A stretch of DNA of 64,000 nucleotides from Octopus vulgaris (GCA_951406725.2 OX597814.1:86800001-86864000); one strand, 5' to 3'. Shown: positions 12,138-27,404, counted from the stretch's first letter. Notes: generated by a model from the letters alone, not told the origin. Numbers and translations are program-made.

Positions 12138-15100
12138 TGGAGGAATGTGAATGTGAAGTTACAGCCAGTTACAGCCAGTGATATTACATTTATTAACACC
12201 GAGACATGGAAAAAAAAAAAAAAAGAAAAGGAAAGCCTACATTGATGGAAACTTTAAAAATTGCTAAAGGGCTCTCAGGGAAAAAAATTAGTTTTTGGGT
12301 GAAATTACAACTGAAGTTTCATTTCGGGGTAAAACCTTGAAAGCAAAAGTTTTTGTTAAATAATGCAACAAACTGGTTGGTACTGACTGGATGGAATAGT
12401 TTAATTTATAGGACCTCCCCATAAATCTGTTCTGTAAAAATATAAATTGCTTTTACTCCAGTAAAAACAAGTCATCAGATGAATTGAAAGAAAAAGTAAA
12501 AAATATTTTTCCTGAAGTTTTGAGCAATAAATTAGGTCTGTACGCCAAGACAAGGGTGTGTTTTCAAAGAAAATGCCAAACCAGTATTTAAATCAAAACG
12601 AATGGTACCCTTTGCAGCAATGAAGCAAGTCAATGAAGAACTAGAGAGACTAGAAGAAAATTGGAGTTATCCAAAAAGTGGAATATTCTAAATAGGCAGC
12701 CCTCAACAGTGTATATTAAGAAAAAGAGTAATGAAATCAGTGTGCACTGATTTTTCCACTGGGTTAAATGAATGTCTTAAGAAGTGCTACTATCTGCTAC
12801 CAACTCTGGAAGATATTTTAGTGGAATTAAACAGTGTAAATATATTTTTTAAATTGGATTAAAGTATATGATGAATGCTTGAAATACCTAACAGTTAACA
12901 TGCATAAAGGACTGTATAAGTACAACAGGTTACCATTTGGTCTAAAAGTGGCACCAGCGATTTTTCAACAGATTATGGATACAATGTTAGCGGACTGTGA
13001 AGTCACAATTCCATATCTGGATGATATACTCATTAAAAGTGAATCTGGGGATCAACATGTATTTGAAACAAGTATTACAGCTTTACCCTGAGTGAAGAAA
13101 AAAGTGTGAATTTTTCTTACCGGAAATAAGATATTTAAGACAAGTTATCGACAGAAATGGATGATGCATCAAGGACAGATGCAATTAAAAATATGCCTCC
13201 TCCGACTAATATAGTGATCTTACAAGCATTTTTAGGACTGGCAAATTATTACCAAAATTACATCCCAAATATACATAAGGTTAGGGCTCCACTGAATAAT
13301 TTGCTGAAAAAAGATATGAAATGATATTGGTCAGAAAATTGCCTAAAGGCATTTGACGAAATTTAAAAAATATCAATACCTGATTTGTCATTAGCTCACT
13401 TCAAACCTGCAGTAGAGATTGTAGTTTCAGATGCTTCTGAGTACGGTATAGGAGCAGTAATGCTACATCAATATAAAGATAGGTGACATGAGGGTGGTGG
13501 TTCATGCCTCACATTCTGATATCAGCAGAGAAAAATTATGGTCAAATCCAAAAAGAAGCTCTAGCAATCACTTTTGCAGTGAAAAAATTTCACAAATTTT
13601 TGCACGGTAGAAGTTTTCATCTACAAACAGATTGCTAACTGTTGATATCTAGGTTGAAAAAAGGAATTCCTACCTATGCTGCTAATAGGTTACAACGTTG
13701 GGTTATGATATTATTAAACTACGATTTCAAGAAGTATATTCCATGCTGATTGTTAATCAAGGTTGATTTTTAAAAAATGTGGAACCATTTGAAAATACTG
13801 TGACTGCCACTTTTGTGAGAGAAAAATAAAATTGAAAATATTTTGGGTAATGTCATTTGTGACTTGCCAGTTATTTTACAAGACAAAATTGAAATCAGAA
13901 AACGAATTCATTATAAAAATGAAAGAAACACTGAAGGATAAAGAAAATATGTGCAACACAAATGCAAACCATTTCTCACTGTGTGACAATGTGTTGATGT
14001 ATGCACTAAGAGTTATAGTGCCAGATGCACCACAAAAGCATATATTAAAGGAAATCACTAACGAGAAGTTATTTATATTGGCTAACAATGGACTGTAACA
14101 TTGAAAAGTTGGTGAAATCCTGCAGAGGTTTTGCCCTTGCTGCCAAGTCACCAACAGTAAAATTCCGTGGCCTAAAACTGACAGTCCATGGACCAGGCTA
14201 TATATAGATTTTGCTGGACCAATAAATGGCACATATTACCTGATTGTAGCAGATAGTTATACTAAGTGGCTGGAAATATGTAGATGTAGGAAACCAACCT
14301 ATACAGTAACAATAGAATTTCTTCATGAACTCTTTGCAAGATATGGTGTCCCGGACACCATAGTATCATATAACCGTATGCAGCTTATGGCATGTGAGTT
14401 TTAAAGTTTTTGCAAAATGTACACAATTCAATATGTCTACTCCGCCATATCACCCAAGATCAAACAGGCAAGCAGAATGGTTCATGGATACATTTAAAAG
14501 AACATTGAAGAAATCAAGAAACCAGCTAGTTGATGACGTGCACTGACACTTATTCAGGCAAGTCGCCTGCAGAACTAATGTTTGCTTGAAAAATGAAGTC
14601 AATTTTTGACAGGAAAACAAATAGGGAAAGCACTAAAAATTTGACAAAGTATTTTATTACCAGTGACAAGGTGGTTTTCAAAATATATAAAAATGGAAGA
14701 GAAGGTTGGGAAGACAATAATAACAAAATGAATAGGCAAAAGGATGTAAATGATAAGAGGTGAAAATTGGGAACACAAAAGTCATTTAAATCAGCTAAAA
14801 AAATAGATATACAGAAAAAGAAAAGCAATACTCATGGAAGTGCTCTACGACACTGTTGATGTTACAATGCCACAAGTAGTCAAACCTAGGCAAAGTAGCA
14901 CAAGAAAGAGGAAGCAGAATGCTTGGAAGTAGTGCCTAAATGGAAGAAATATGAAACTTCCTTAGGAAGTCAAATCTCAAAGGGGGAGATGTTGGGGGGA
15001 TAGTCATTGACATCCCTGTGAGATTAGAAGAATGGAATAACCGAACTCTTATAAAGAGTAGCGCATTGGTTGAGATGACAGAAGTTGCAGGAGTCGTTGA

Positions 15101-17901
15101 GAGTATGTATTTATTGGAGTATCGGGTTCAGTGGAGTTATTTGATGTCATGTGAAGACAGTTGTCTATTCCTGCTTTGTGAAATCTGTATATCCAACGTA
15201 TAGGATAATAGTATTTGGTAAAACAGCCAGATTACCTGTGATTTTACAAATTTTCCAACAGCAGAAAGTTTACTGCAACCCAGCAAGAAATTGTGATACT
15301 GATAACTATAGGTTTTGAAGAAGTCATAGATGATGGCATGGTTAAGTTGCTAGGATCCCTTAAAGCTTGTCTAATGAGGAGCTACTGATGCTAGAGCAAA
15401 AGTGAGCTGAAGCACAAAATGAGGTTACAGAAATCCCACCTACTCCACTCTAGTAGGCAGTAAAGAATATGGCTAAAATTTTGACAATTATAGAGGAAAG
15501 CCAAAGTCTTTGGTGATAACAAAAATTACAAGATCAGTTCTACAGAGCTGTAGAAAAGAGATGGAGCATTTTAAATGTAAAACGGCTTCAAATAAGTTTT
15601 GCACTTTCACTTCCAGTAACTTCCACTGCACTACCATAGCAAGCACATCCCATTCTTTGATGTTATAATCAATATTCTCAGATTATTCTTATTCCCTAAT
15701 GAATAAGCAAAAAACTTTTTTTTAATTCAAAAAATGACCGTGCCGGTGGCACGTAGAAAGCACCCACTACACTCTCAGAGTAGTTGGCGTTAGGAAGGTC
15801 ATCCAGCTGTAGAAACTGCCAGATAAAGATTGGAGTCTGGTGTGGCCATCTGGTTTTCCAGCCCTCGGTCAAAATCGTCCAACCCATGCTAGCATGGAAA
15901 GCGGACGTTAAACAATGATGATGATGAGAATATATACTGTATGTGTTTAAAAATTCACATTTTCATGCATAAGTGATCAAATTGCATATTTTTGGTTAAG
16001 AAACATTGATCAGAATGCATCTCAATTTAGCAAAAAAAAAAAAAAAAAAAATCAATTGCAAAATTTTCTGGAACATGAAATTCTTTAACACAGGGAGATG
16101 TCTGTATTGATACATAAATACAGTATATAAATTTAAGAAGAGTAAATAAAATGAAGTATTTATCAATTTTATGAATTGAAATATGTAACCCTAGATAGGG
16201 GTACGAACCTATTGCACAAATACTCCCGGTAAATAAAATGAAAACAATCTAGTAAAAGAAGTAAATCATTTGGTTTTTAGGACCCTCATCCCACACTTCA
16301 TTGTAAAAATACATCAGGAGTGGGGAATAAAAATTGAGTCCAGATGATTGAAGGTCAAAGTATGACAGACATTCAATGTTATTTTAGTAATATAAATATC
16401 TTAAACAATTCACTGACAACCAAGTAAACACTCCAGTTTTATTTTTTTAAATATCTGCATTTTCCATTTTACCACAAAAACTTGTGTGCACCTGTGGACC
16501 ATATACAGCTATAGAGTACCATAGCAGTGGTTACAAATACCCAATTCAGATTATGTTATGAATTCAAACAAATAAGCTAAAAATGTAACATTAATGTAAC
16601 ATCAGTGGCCTAGTAGATAAAAGCATTATTACTCTTAGTTTACAAACAAAAAGGCTTCTTGTTCAAATTTAGACTAGTACTGTGTACATATCAAGAAATA
16701 ATGATGACTGAAAACTTGTAGGTTGGAGAGCTACACCAAGCTCCAGTCTGATTTGGCATGGTTTCTATGGCTGGATGCCCTTCCTAGCACCATAATTCTA
16801 AAAGATGGCTAAACATGAAAATTAAAAATACTTAAACAAGTCCATTCATACAAAAATGGATGATTCACAAAAGTCAGTATTTAACCATTCAGAATTAAAA
16901 CAGATGGCCCATTCAGCCCTCATCATTGATAGCTTTCAGACAAAAGCATTGTATTTACTCTTTACAGAGAAATGAAGTTGGTTTCTGACATGATTATTTG
17001 AAATACCTACAATGAATATGAACTAATGACCTATGACTCACAAGATGTAGTTTAATATATTATCTATTATTCAACACAAACAGATGTATTATCTATACTG
17101 ACTCCACTAATTCTTTTTGTATGAAAGACTCAATATTTTAGCGTTATATGGTCATAAACTGCACAACTATCAACAGAAGCAAGACTGAAGAAACTTGAGA
17201 CCAGAACTTTAAGGTGTTCAGTTGGTTTCAAATAAAAAGATTGAATACTAAATATAATTGCTACTGAAAGATGACAGGACCACTTAAGAGCACCAGATAA
17301 TAAAACAATAATATTGTTGATAAATTAAGCGAAAAAAAAAATTGAAGAGGCAATGTAAGTTGGGCACATCATTAACAAGAAAAATGCTAGAAAATTCTTA
17401 GGAATATGGGTAACTGCTGGACACATTCAGTTATTGTTATATTTGAAAAATCAGTTTTTTGAAAGGTCAGGGAAAAATACATACACAAAATTGCTTGCAC
17501 TAAATACTTCTACCATAAATAAAGCAAAATAGCTATCCAGACTACTTTAGGCAACTTGATATAGACTAAAATACTAGATGATGGAAATATTGGCCTAAAG
17601 GGGTTTTGATTATTCTTTTATATGAAAAACCTAGTTCGTCAATGTAATCAATGTAAACTTGGCAACTTGCCCCCCCCCCCCAAAAAAAAAACATCACTAT
17701 AATATTTAAAAGAAGGAATTCCTAAAAACAGAATATTCTAGAAGAAACTTGCTTTAGTTTATCTTCAATTTCAAATATAACTGTTTACGTTGAGTGAAAT
17801 TGTGAAGATTAGTTAATATTCCAAATCTACAACTTATTGTGAATGCAGGAAAAACTGCAATAAAAATATTCTAAATAAGCAATCTAAAATATGTAAAAAG
17901 A

Positions 17902-19178
17902 ATCATCATCATCATTTAGCGTCCGCTTTCCATGCTAGCATGGGTTGGACGGTTCAACTGGGGTCTGTGAAGCCAGAAGGATGCATCAGGCCCAGTCTGA
18001 TCTGGCAGTGTTTCTACGGCTGGATGCCCTTCCTAACGCCAACCACTCCGTGAGTGTAGTGGGTGCTTTTTACATGCCACCCGCACAGGTGCCAGACGGA
18101 GCTGGCAAACGGCCACGAACGGATGGTGCTTTTACGTGCCACCGGCACTAGGCCAGTCGGGGCAGCGCTGGCAATGGTCACGAACGGAAGGTTCTCTTAC
18201 GTGCCACCGGCACTGGTAACTCAGCTGCAATTTCCATTGATCGATTTCGATTCTGATCCTCAGTTGCCTCAACAGGTCTTCACAAGTAGAGTTTTGTGTC
18301 CCAAGAAGGGAAGGTATGCGTACGTAGGCTGGCTCCATCCCATGTAGAAGGCCACGGGTTATGGTCTCACTTGTCCTGCTGGGTCTTCTTGCGCACAGCA
18401 TACTTCCAGAGGTCTCGGTCTCAAGTCATTTCCTCAGTGAGACCTAAAGTTTGAAGGTCGTGCTTCACCACCTCGTCCCAGGTTTTCCTGGGTCTGCCTC
18501 TTCCACCGGTTCCCTCAACCGCTAGGGTGTGGCACTTTTTCACACAACTATCTTCATCCATTCTCGCCACATGCCCATACCAGCGCAAACGTCTCTCTTG
18601 CACCCCACAACTGATGCTTCTTAGGTCCAGCTTTTCTCTCAAGATACTTACACTCTGTCGAGTATGAGTACTGACATTACACATCCATCGGAGCATACTG
18701 GCTTCATTTCTTGCGAGCTTACGCATATCCTCAGCAGCCACGGCCCATGTTTCACTGCCATGTAGCATGGCTGTTCGTACACACGCATCATACAGTCTGC
18801 CTTTTACTCTGTGCGAGAGGCCTTTTGTCACCAGCAGAGGTAAGAGCTCTCTGAACTTTGCCCAAGCTATTCTTACTCTAGCAGTTACACTTTCAGCACA
18901 CCCGCCCCCACTGCTGACTTGGTCACCTAGGTAACGGAAGCTATCAACTATTTCTAGTTTTTCTCCCTGGAAAGTGACGGAAGTTGGTCTCAGAGCATTT
19001 TCAGTGTTTATTGTTCCTGAGTATCTGCCACATACAAAAACCATCTTCCTAGTTAGCCTTCCTTTGACATTGCTGCACCTCTTATGTGTCCATAGCTTAC
19101 ACTTGGTGCATCTTATAGAGTTTCTACCTACACCTTTTCTACAGATTGAGCAGGGCCATCTACCTGAAGGCGTTTGTT
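17902..19178 (-). mobile_element. RTE-clade LINE, 5'-truncated, young
   Basis: Uninterrupted C-terminal ORF (EIVDSFRYLGD..MLHGSETW..RRLRWYGHVARM..GRGRPRKTW), 3'UTR and (GAT)n tail. Confidence 0.93.
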
Positions 19179-19459
19179 AAAAGAAAATGATTTCACATCA
19201 AAATTTGCGAGAAATTTTGCTTCAATCCAATTAGTGCAATGCATTTATACATAACTAATTTACTTTGCTATTTATTGCATACGAAATACCAAGAAGTAGT
19301 ATTATCTTTCTTTACTCTTAAAATACATATTCTTTTCAGCTCATGTTAAAATGCTCAACACCAATTTCACCTACTCATCTACATACATAGTGCTAGGTGG
19401 GGACCATTTAAATATTTTCTGCAAAATTTCCATATTTGCACTTTCTCCATACCTGGCAC

Positions 19460-19760
19460 TGTCAATTACGATGAGTGTTCCAGTTGATTCAGTCAACAGA
19501 ACATCCTGCTCGTGAAATTAATATGCAAGTGGTTGAGAACTCCATAGACATGCATACCCTTAACATAGTTTTCAGAGATTAAGCATGATACAGAGTGTGT
19601 CAAGGCTGGTTCTTTGAAATAAGGTACTACACACTTTTTTTGCTAGCTGAGTAGACTGAAGCAACATGAAAGTGTTCGGCTGAAGGACACAACACACAGC
19701 CAGAAATCAAACTAATGACTTTACAATCATGAGCCAAATACACTAGTCACATGCCTTCAC
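19460..19760 (-). mobile_element. Older tRNA-SINE (second family); related fragment at ~1040-1190
   Basis: Shared core (ctgctcgtgaaattaa..gcaagtggttgag..cccttaacatagtt) with the inverse copy near 1060-1180; degenerate B-box-like head at ~19700-19760. Confidence 0.55.
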
Positions 19761-22700
19761 TACACTTTCTCCAAAATTCAAATTTTAAAAATGTAACTGA
19801 ATGCTGCTATTATTGTTCAGCATTCAATTATGTGATAAGGATGGAACCTCGTCAGCCAGGTAGGAGGAAGCAATAGCATAACAAAATGGATGATGCACAT
19901 TTTGAACTACAGAATATATAGTTAGTAATTTAGCACCAGGCACTAAGATATTTTCTGTTCAGTCCATTTATATGGAACTAAGAATATAAATAAAAATACA
20001 AAGCTAAATAACTAAAAATGGAATAAATTAGTTGCCAGATTATTTACAGTAGCAAAAATTAAGATTAGGCCAACAAAGAAACTTCAGAAAAAAAGAGGGG
20101 GGAAACAACTCAAAGAAACTTTAATGATTCCATATCATGTGGGACATTTTGGTAAAAGGTTGATACACAATGGGTTCAAATATAATTAAACTCATGACAA
20201 ACTAGAACTGAGCCAGTAAAAGTCATAACATTCTGAAGATGAGAATATATGTCAATCTGAAATTGCTGTACTCTTAGCTACCTTTAGCAGAATGCATAAT
20301 ACAAAGACTTAATCTAAAACTACCCCAACTTACAGGCAGCAGAAGTCATTGAAAGGTCATTAAGTGTCATTAGCCTTGGTCAAGTGTTAGCAGTAAAATA
20401 GGTGGTGGTGATATCATTAGAGTCTGAAACAGTATAAATAATCAAAATACCAATTCCGGCCAGTTAATCTGCTCCCATATATGGAAATGACCAACTGGCT
20501 TTTACAATAGAACCATAAACTACTTACTCTAATTTTAGTTAATTGGACATTAAGTATGACAACTCAAGTAGACAGACACTATTTACATATAAGCAATACT
20601 AAGACATTGGTGAATAAAAAATTCTTATTAAAGTTGCCAAAAATTTATTGAAAGACATGTCACACTTACTGAGTGGCATTCACACTCAGCGACTAGGCAT
20701 AATTGCAAAGTTTTAATTAATGCACATTATCTGAGATGAAAAAAAATTAAAAGCAGTATCTAAATGAATTTAAACCCCTAAGCAACCCAACATGTCAAGA
20801 CCCACCACCTTGTAGAGGTTTGGTCATAAGTGATGTGAGGCAAATTCCTTTCCAAGCTATGTGGTTTCCTTCAGAGCAATTATAATGCAGAGACAAAAGG
20901 ATTTTATTGTTTGGCTAAAATTCAATCTGTAATGATTATAAAGAAAAAGAAAGAAAAAATAATGAAAGCACAACACAAAACTGGTTTGAAAAGATTAGAT
21001 CAATAAGTGTCAGCTTCAGTGATAAACTTAGCAAGCATCCTTCATATGTGATGATTATCTGAAAGGTTCAGTCAGATTTAATGGAAACAATAATTTGACA
21101 TGCATATGAGTGCTTGCTAACACCTTCAACAATGAGCACACTAAAGGGGAAGGATAAATCCAACTGTGACGTCTTCTAAATAGGAACTTGTTTACATTAA
21201 CAAATAGAAGCTATACTCTGCTTATCTATGAAGATAACATGCTCTCAATATTCATTCCGAAGCTAACTTGTTGGGATGAATCTGCAATGCAGTATTATAA
21301 TGAATATCTGCATATTCAAATCTAATGTAAATAAGTCAGTTCAAGATTTGGTCCACTCCTAACAAGTACCTTTCACTAACAACCAATGACTTTCAAATTA
21401 CACTTGCATCTTGTCTTTCCAGCATTCACTGAAATTATCTATTGCCAGTCACTTTCTCAATCAATTGGTACTCAATATTCTATACCTAGCAAAAAGACAT
21501 TGTTAACTAATTACATTGTATCCTTCTTTTACTTCATGGCATCACTTACAAATGGTTGATATAGCCACAACCAGTGCAATACCATTCCTTCATAGTAACA
21601 CTTCTCTTCATGTACACTGAAAACATATTTTTCAAAAGAATTTCATTCCAGAAGTTGACTAAATTTGAAATCAGTAATTGGTATAGATAGCCTTATAGTT
21701 GTGCTTATTTTCTATAATTTTTAAAAAGGGCCACTAATTATTTACGACCAGTATGAAAACTTGGAAATTATTTTCTAGGTGAGATTTGAAGTTATTCTCA
21801 TCAAAGTACAATACATATGAATTCATAATTTATCTTAAGTACTATGATACATGTACAAATGGCAGTGCTCCAGCATGGCTACAACCAACTGGATGAAACT
21901 AATAAAATTTACGAAAGGTGTAGAAGAATACAATTTAGTAAAATACTTTCAATATTTTGTCTTCAACAAATCCTAACTGTGAATTTACAAATAAGGCTGA
22001 GCCAAAGTATTGAATAAAGATCTCTATACTCTGCACTATGTGATTTTTTTCAATTTCTTAAAAATATTGTTTCTGAAGCAATTTTCAACACAAGGCTTAT
22101 ATAATTATGACTGTATCCAGGAGCAGATGCTTCTCTTCTGAAAATGAATGATTCAGATTATCAAGGTACAAGCCTGGATTTGTAGTTAAGAAGTCTGCTT
22201 CTCAACAACATTGTTTTGGGGTTTAAATCCCACTGCATGGCATCTTGGGCAAGTATTTACTAGAGTCCAGGGTTGGTCAAAGCCTTGTGAGTGGATTTGG
22301 AAGATGGAAACTGAAAGCTTACGTATGTATGTGTGTGTATTTGTGTCTCCTTATCTTGACGTTATGCGATAGTTGTAACTGTAAATGAGCATTGCTATCA
22401 TACAAGCAGCATCCATTTCTAATCTTTTGTGAAATCATATAAGGCCTTACTTGGAAACAGGTGAAGGTTGATGACAGGAAGTGCATTTGGCTGTAGAAAA
22501 TGTTTCAATGAATTCAGTCTAACATGTGCAAGCATGGTAAAGTGAATGTTAAAACAGCAAAGTTGTTTTTTAAAACCATCACATCATTGATTATTAGTTA
22601 ACATTTACCATTTCAATAACAGCAATAGACACATGTTAGTACTATGAGAGGAGTTTCAAAGAAGTTAAAATGTAGGAGAGATTGCAGTTCTAGGTTATCA

Positions 22701-23271
22701 TTGCAAACAAAGATTAGATCATTAAGGTAGAATTAGAGATATTTACAGATCTTTGTGGAATACTCATTGAGTGAGAAACCATTAAAATAGTCAATAATAA
22801 AACAGTTCAGAATATGTATAAGTGGAAGGTCTAGCTACATTTTCACAGTAAATTCAATGAAAGGCTTTGGGAATTTCCCATAACTTGGCATGTCGTCCTT
22901 CATATACAAACCATGGAAAGAGAATTGTAGCTACTGTTAGGAACAAAACCAAAGACAACTAGGTGCTTGTAAGATTGAGGGGAAAAAAAAAAAAAACACC
23001 TAGTGGTAAATTGTTAGCAATCCTCAAAAGAAAAGTAAAGATAATTTCAGTTAAGAATTTCTCAATTTACCTCACTACATTAGTAAAATGTCAATTAAAT
23101 ATGGGTTTAGTTTTCTGAATAGAAATTAATGATGTATCACTGAATGATGATTATTGATAGTGTATCATATGAACGATAAGCTTTCATAATTCTAAACTTG
23201 GTTCTAGTAGGGAAAGATAAAAGTTGTACAGAAATAGAATAATTTATATCTGAAGGAAAATGAACTTTGTA

Positions 23272-23485
23272 TTAAATTTTTAGTATTCAAACCAGCCATA
23301 TCAAGCCCAAATATGTTTCTTGTTTCATGTTCAGACTGACCAGATCAGGCCTCTTATACCTACTCTGCAGTGTCAATTTAAAAATAAACAATCCCATCAT
23401 TGAAATCTCAAGTCTACAAGATAATGTATGATAAATACAAAACAATGTGAATAAAGAACCACTGCACTTAATGCTAAAGGGTTAA
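23272..23485. mobile_element. piggyBac-type MITE, family A (other copies 43250-43478 and 54121-54349)
   Basis: TTAA-CCCTTTAG...CTAAAGGG-TTAA ends (best preserved at 54121-54349) with a shared ~220-bp body. Confidence 0.8.
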
Positions 23486-23505
23486 CGATGAAAAGTTTAC
23501 GAGAT

Positions 23506-23544
<39 letters not shown>

Positions 23545-23743
23545 GACTTTAAAGACAATATTAAGTGAGGTTTGTTTATGCAGAAAAAATCCGTTTGTGG
23601 TAATGATCATAGCTAGATCTGGTTTAGAAAAATGAGACTTTGGAGTTGCATACTTGGAATTAGCGACCAAAAATAATGTTTGTGAAGAGCTGCACTTAGC
23701 AGTGATCTCAAGTTCTCTAATCCTGGAACATTTTATAGATATA

Positions 23744-24470
23744 CTAGCAGTATAGCCCGGCTTTGCTTGGGATTAAGTTAGGATTATTAAGCTAATCAAG
23801 CTCTTTATTTCAAAGCAAAGCAATGTTGATGTCAAATTTGAGTGAAATCCGTTGAAATTGGTAAACTTTTGGCTGAAATTTTGCAGAAAATTTGATTGGG
23901 AAATTTCATAAGGAATCGGTGTATCGATTTTTCCCACACATCGATTGCTTTTTTTTTTTCGTTTTTGGAGAACTTAAAGCATTCAAAGATCCCGTGAGTC
24001 CTAAGTAATGCTGGCATCAAGTTTGAACAAAATACATCAAAATTGGTAGACATTGTTGAAAATGGGGTGTAGCCAATTTTAGTGGGAAGTCCTTTAAGAA
24101 ATCGGTTTATCGATCTTTTTTATTCTGATTAAATGGAAAACCCCATAAGGAATCAGTTTATTTCTCACCCCAAATAGGACTTAACCAAACATTGTTGATT
24201 TAAAAACATCTATATTTATACTTTAAAGTTGGCTTTCATACCCAACCCAGTTCTGCAGAATCAGTGTCATGATGAGAGTGCATGGGTTGGGAGTTTGATA
24301 GGCAGAGGTGATCAGGTTGCATATACCAACCCTTTTGAAAACACCACCCCCATCATGCAACCTCACTTTGCCCATGGGTTGGGAACCCTTCCAGCAAGGA
24401 AAATAGAACACCCAAAAGGGCCCCCGATCCTCTGTACGAGAAGCGGTTATGTTCAGATCACAACTAAGTA
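23744..24470 (-). mobile_element. Non-autonomous Helitron-like element
   Basis: Minus-strand 3' end cccaagcaaagccgggctatactgCTAG|t: GC-rich subterminal hairpin plus CTAG. The 5' boundary is approximate. Confidence 0.6.
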
Positions 24471-24502
24471 TTATATATATATATATATAAACCTATAAAT
24501 AA

Positions 24503-24937
24503 GGGCAAACGAAAAAAATTTCTAATGCCAAAAAAGCCGAAATTAGACACATTGTCCATAATTATAATTTTTTCACAATAAGCACGCTACTCAAAAAAGG
24601 TCAACAGAAATTTCTAAAAAATTCCATTATTACCATATCAGACTGATTTCAAGGTTAGCTCGTAAGAACCCTCCCATCGTCAGTGATAAATGTGGCAAAG
24701 AAATAAATGAGATACTTACTCATACCCATAAGTATCTCATTTATTTCTTTGCCACATTTACCACTGACAAAGGGAGGGTTCTTACAAGCTAACCCTGAAA
24801 TCGGTCTGATATGGTAACAATGGAAATTTTTAGAAATTTCTGTCGACCTTTTTTGAATAGCGTGCGCATTGTGAAAAAATTATAATGGTTATGGACAATG
24901 TCTAATTTTGGCATTAGAAATTTTTTTTGCTTGCCCC
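24503..24937. mobile_element. Palindromic (foldback) MITE, ~215-bp arms, ~10-nt loop
   Basis: gggcaa..aaatttctaatgcca...gagatactta-ctcataccca-taagtatctc...tggcattagaaattt..ttgccc is self-complementary along its whole length. Confidence 0.85.
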
Positions 24938-24967
24938 CCCCCTTTAATCTAATTTTTTATCCTACAT

Positions 24968-25002
<35 letters not shown>

Positions 25003-25099
25003 GCAACACACCCCCACATATACGTACATACACCTATTGCATACATGTTTTTGCACGCCTTAGCCCTTGCTCCTGTCCCACCACCACCTCCTACCTGAG

Positions 25100-25960
<861 letters not shown>

Positions 25961-27404
25961 CTGATAATCAACAAAGAATAAGTCACAACTGTATGTTTGT
26001 AGAATTAAAGACTAAGCTATATGGAATTAATGGTCTAAGTTCAACTGATGTAAATTAGGTCTTTGTAAATTAAGGCAGCAACTGAACTATATTTTAGACA
26101 TATTGCTAAGTAAAAGGATTCTTAAATAATTAAAATTTGTACAGCTATGTAATGTGGCATGAGACAAAAATGAATTTTCTGAATTGGTTTGTACTGATGT
26201 AAATGATAACTATGATCATCCAAATCTATAACTTTTAAAATGTTACAAAGGAATCATCTAAATCAAAACCATAATGCTAGAAAATTTTAGACCAACACTA
26301 TATCTGGCAAAATACAATGGTTCTTATGAATTTACAACCATCAGGTTAATTGAAGTATTGCAAATTTTAATTACTAAAGTTGTTTAATTAGTCATGTCAC
26401 AATCATTTCTCTCTACATTAAGATAAATGATATATAAAAATTCTAGTTTAATCATAGTCAAACACTGTTGAATAGTTAGGGCTTAAAATGCTCAATAAAA
26501 ATAGATTTTTGAAGTTAGTTGAGGCTAAAGAAACAAGAGGAAGACAAAAAAGAAAACCCCCCAGAAAAAATTGAATTTCCTTCAATCGCCAAACAATGCT
26601 ACGAATTTCAACCTCCTGATCAGATGTTTAGAGTTTGAGATCTGTATGTAATCTCCATTTATCTCCAAAATGATAGAACATGTAGCTTTTTAAATAATCA
26701 CAAAGACAAACAATTTCTGTGAAATGGTTCAATTTGCATAAAAGGAGTATTACAGCACAGAGACTATATCCATAATGATATTAACATGGTAAAGAGCAAT
26801 CAACATATAGCTCATATTAGTGTTGACCACAAATTTCTATTCACTAGGTTGGAGAAATGCTTTGGCATACAGAAATGGATAAGTCCTGAATATCAAACAT
26901 TAATCAATGGAAAACAATATGAAAATCAGTATATTTAATGGTATGTCATAAGGATTTCTTCTGGGACCAATACCTTTCACTAAGTACATACTATTTTCCA
27001 CTGGAATCATTATTTGGAAGTATAACCTATTATATCATGTTTATGCCGAGGGCATGCAATTTGTGTTTACCATTTAGGCCAAGGTAAAGTAATGCACAGG
27101 ATGCAAGTGATAAAACTATTATTTGTTTATCTGAGATTTAAGAATAGATGGCTAACAACCTTAAAAGTAGAGAGAAGTTCCATTTAAGGCAGGAAACCAG
27201 AAAGAACCCAAATAATATACCATCTCTACTCATTGGTAACTGATGTGTGTGTGTCACTAATGAAGTAATTTTTCATAGACATGAGAATAAACAGGCATAT
27301 TACTATGGTATGTTAGTCGGCATCTAAGAAATAAAGGTATGATTAAGAAATTCTTAAAGCAGGTGACTGAAATATTAGTGCATGTCTTTATTTTATCATG
27401 GCTG

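Larger units (their letters stand above)
8741..15210 (+). mobile_element. Ty3/Gypsy LTR retrotransposon, degenerate full-length
   Basis: Homologous LTRs at ~8741-8921 and 14990-15210, PBS TGGC at 8925, PPT aaagggggaga before TG at 14990. Domain order gag (FSYNPEDGITFSAYFQRYE), protease (SDITFIN), RT (YNRLPFGLKVAPAIFQ..YLDDILI), RNase H (SDASEYGIGAV), integrase (PWTRLYIDFAGP). Many stops and frameshifts. Confidence 0.92.
8020..16106 (+). mobile_element. Tigger/pogo-like transposon split by a Gypsy insertion (pieces 8020-8740 and 15211-16106)
   Basis: DDE_1-like remnants (NLLVIWHSNKKAWMT, LLDNA, PMDQ, IAESWDE) stop at ~8740 and resume after the 3' LTR with GFEEV..LSNEELLMLEQ. Confidence 0.7.

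Noticed and set aside
20328-20430. Possible alternative UBE2L3 exon 2 ending ..LLP|gtaagt
   Set aside because: In-frame TGA immediately upstream and no similarity to the UBC fold.
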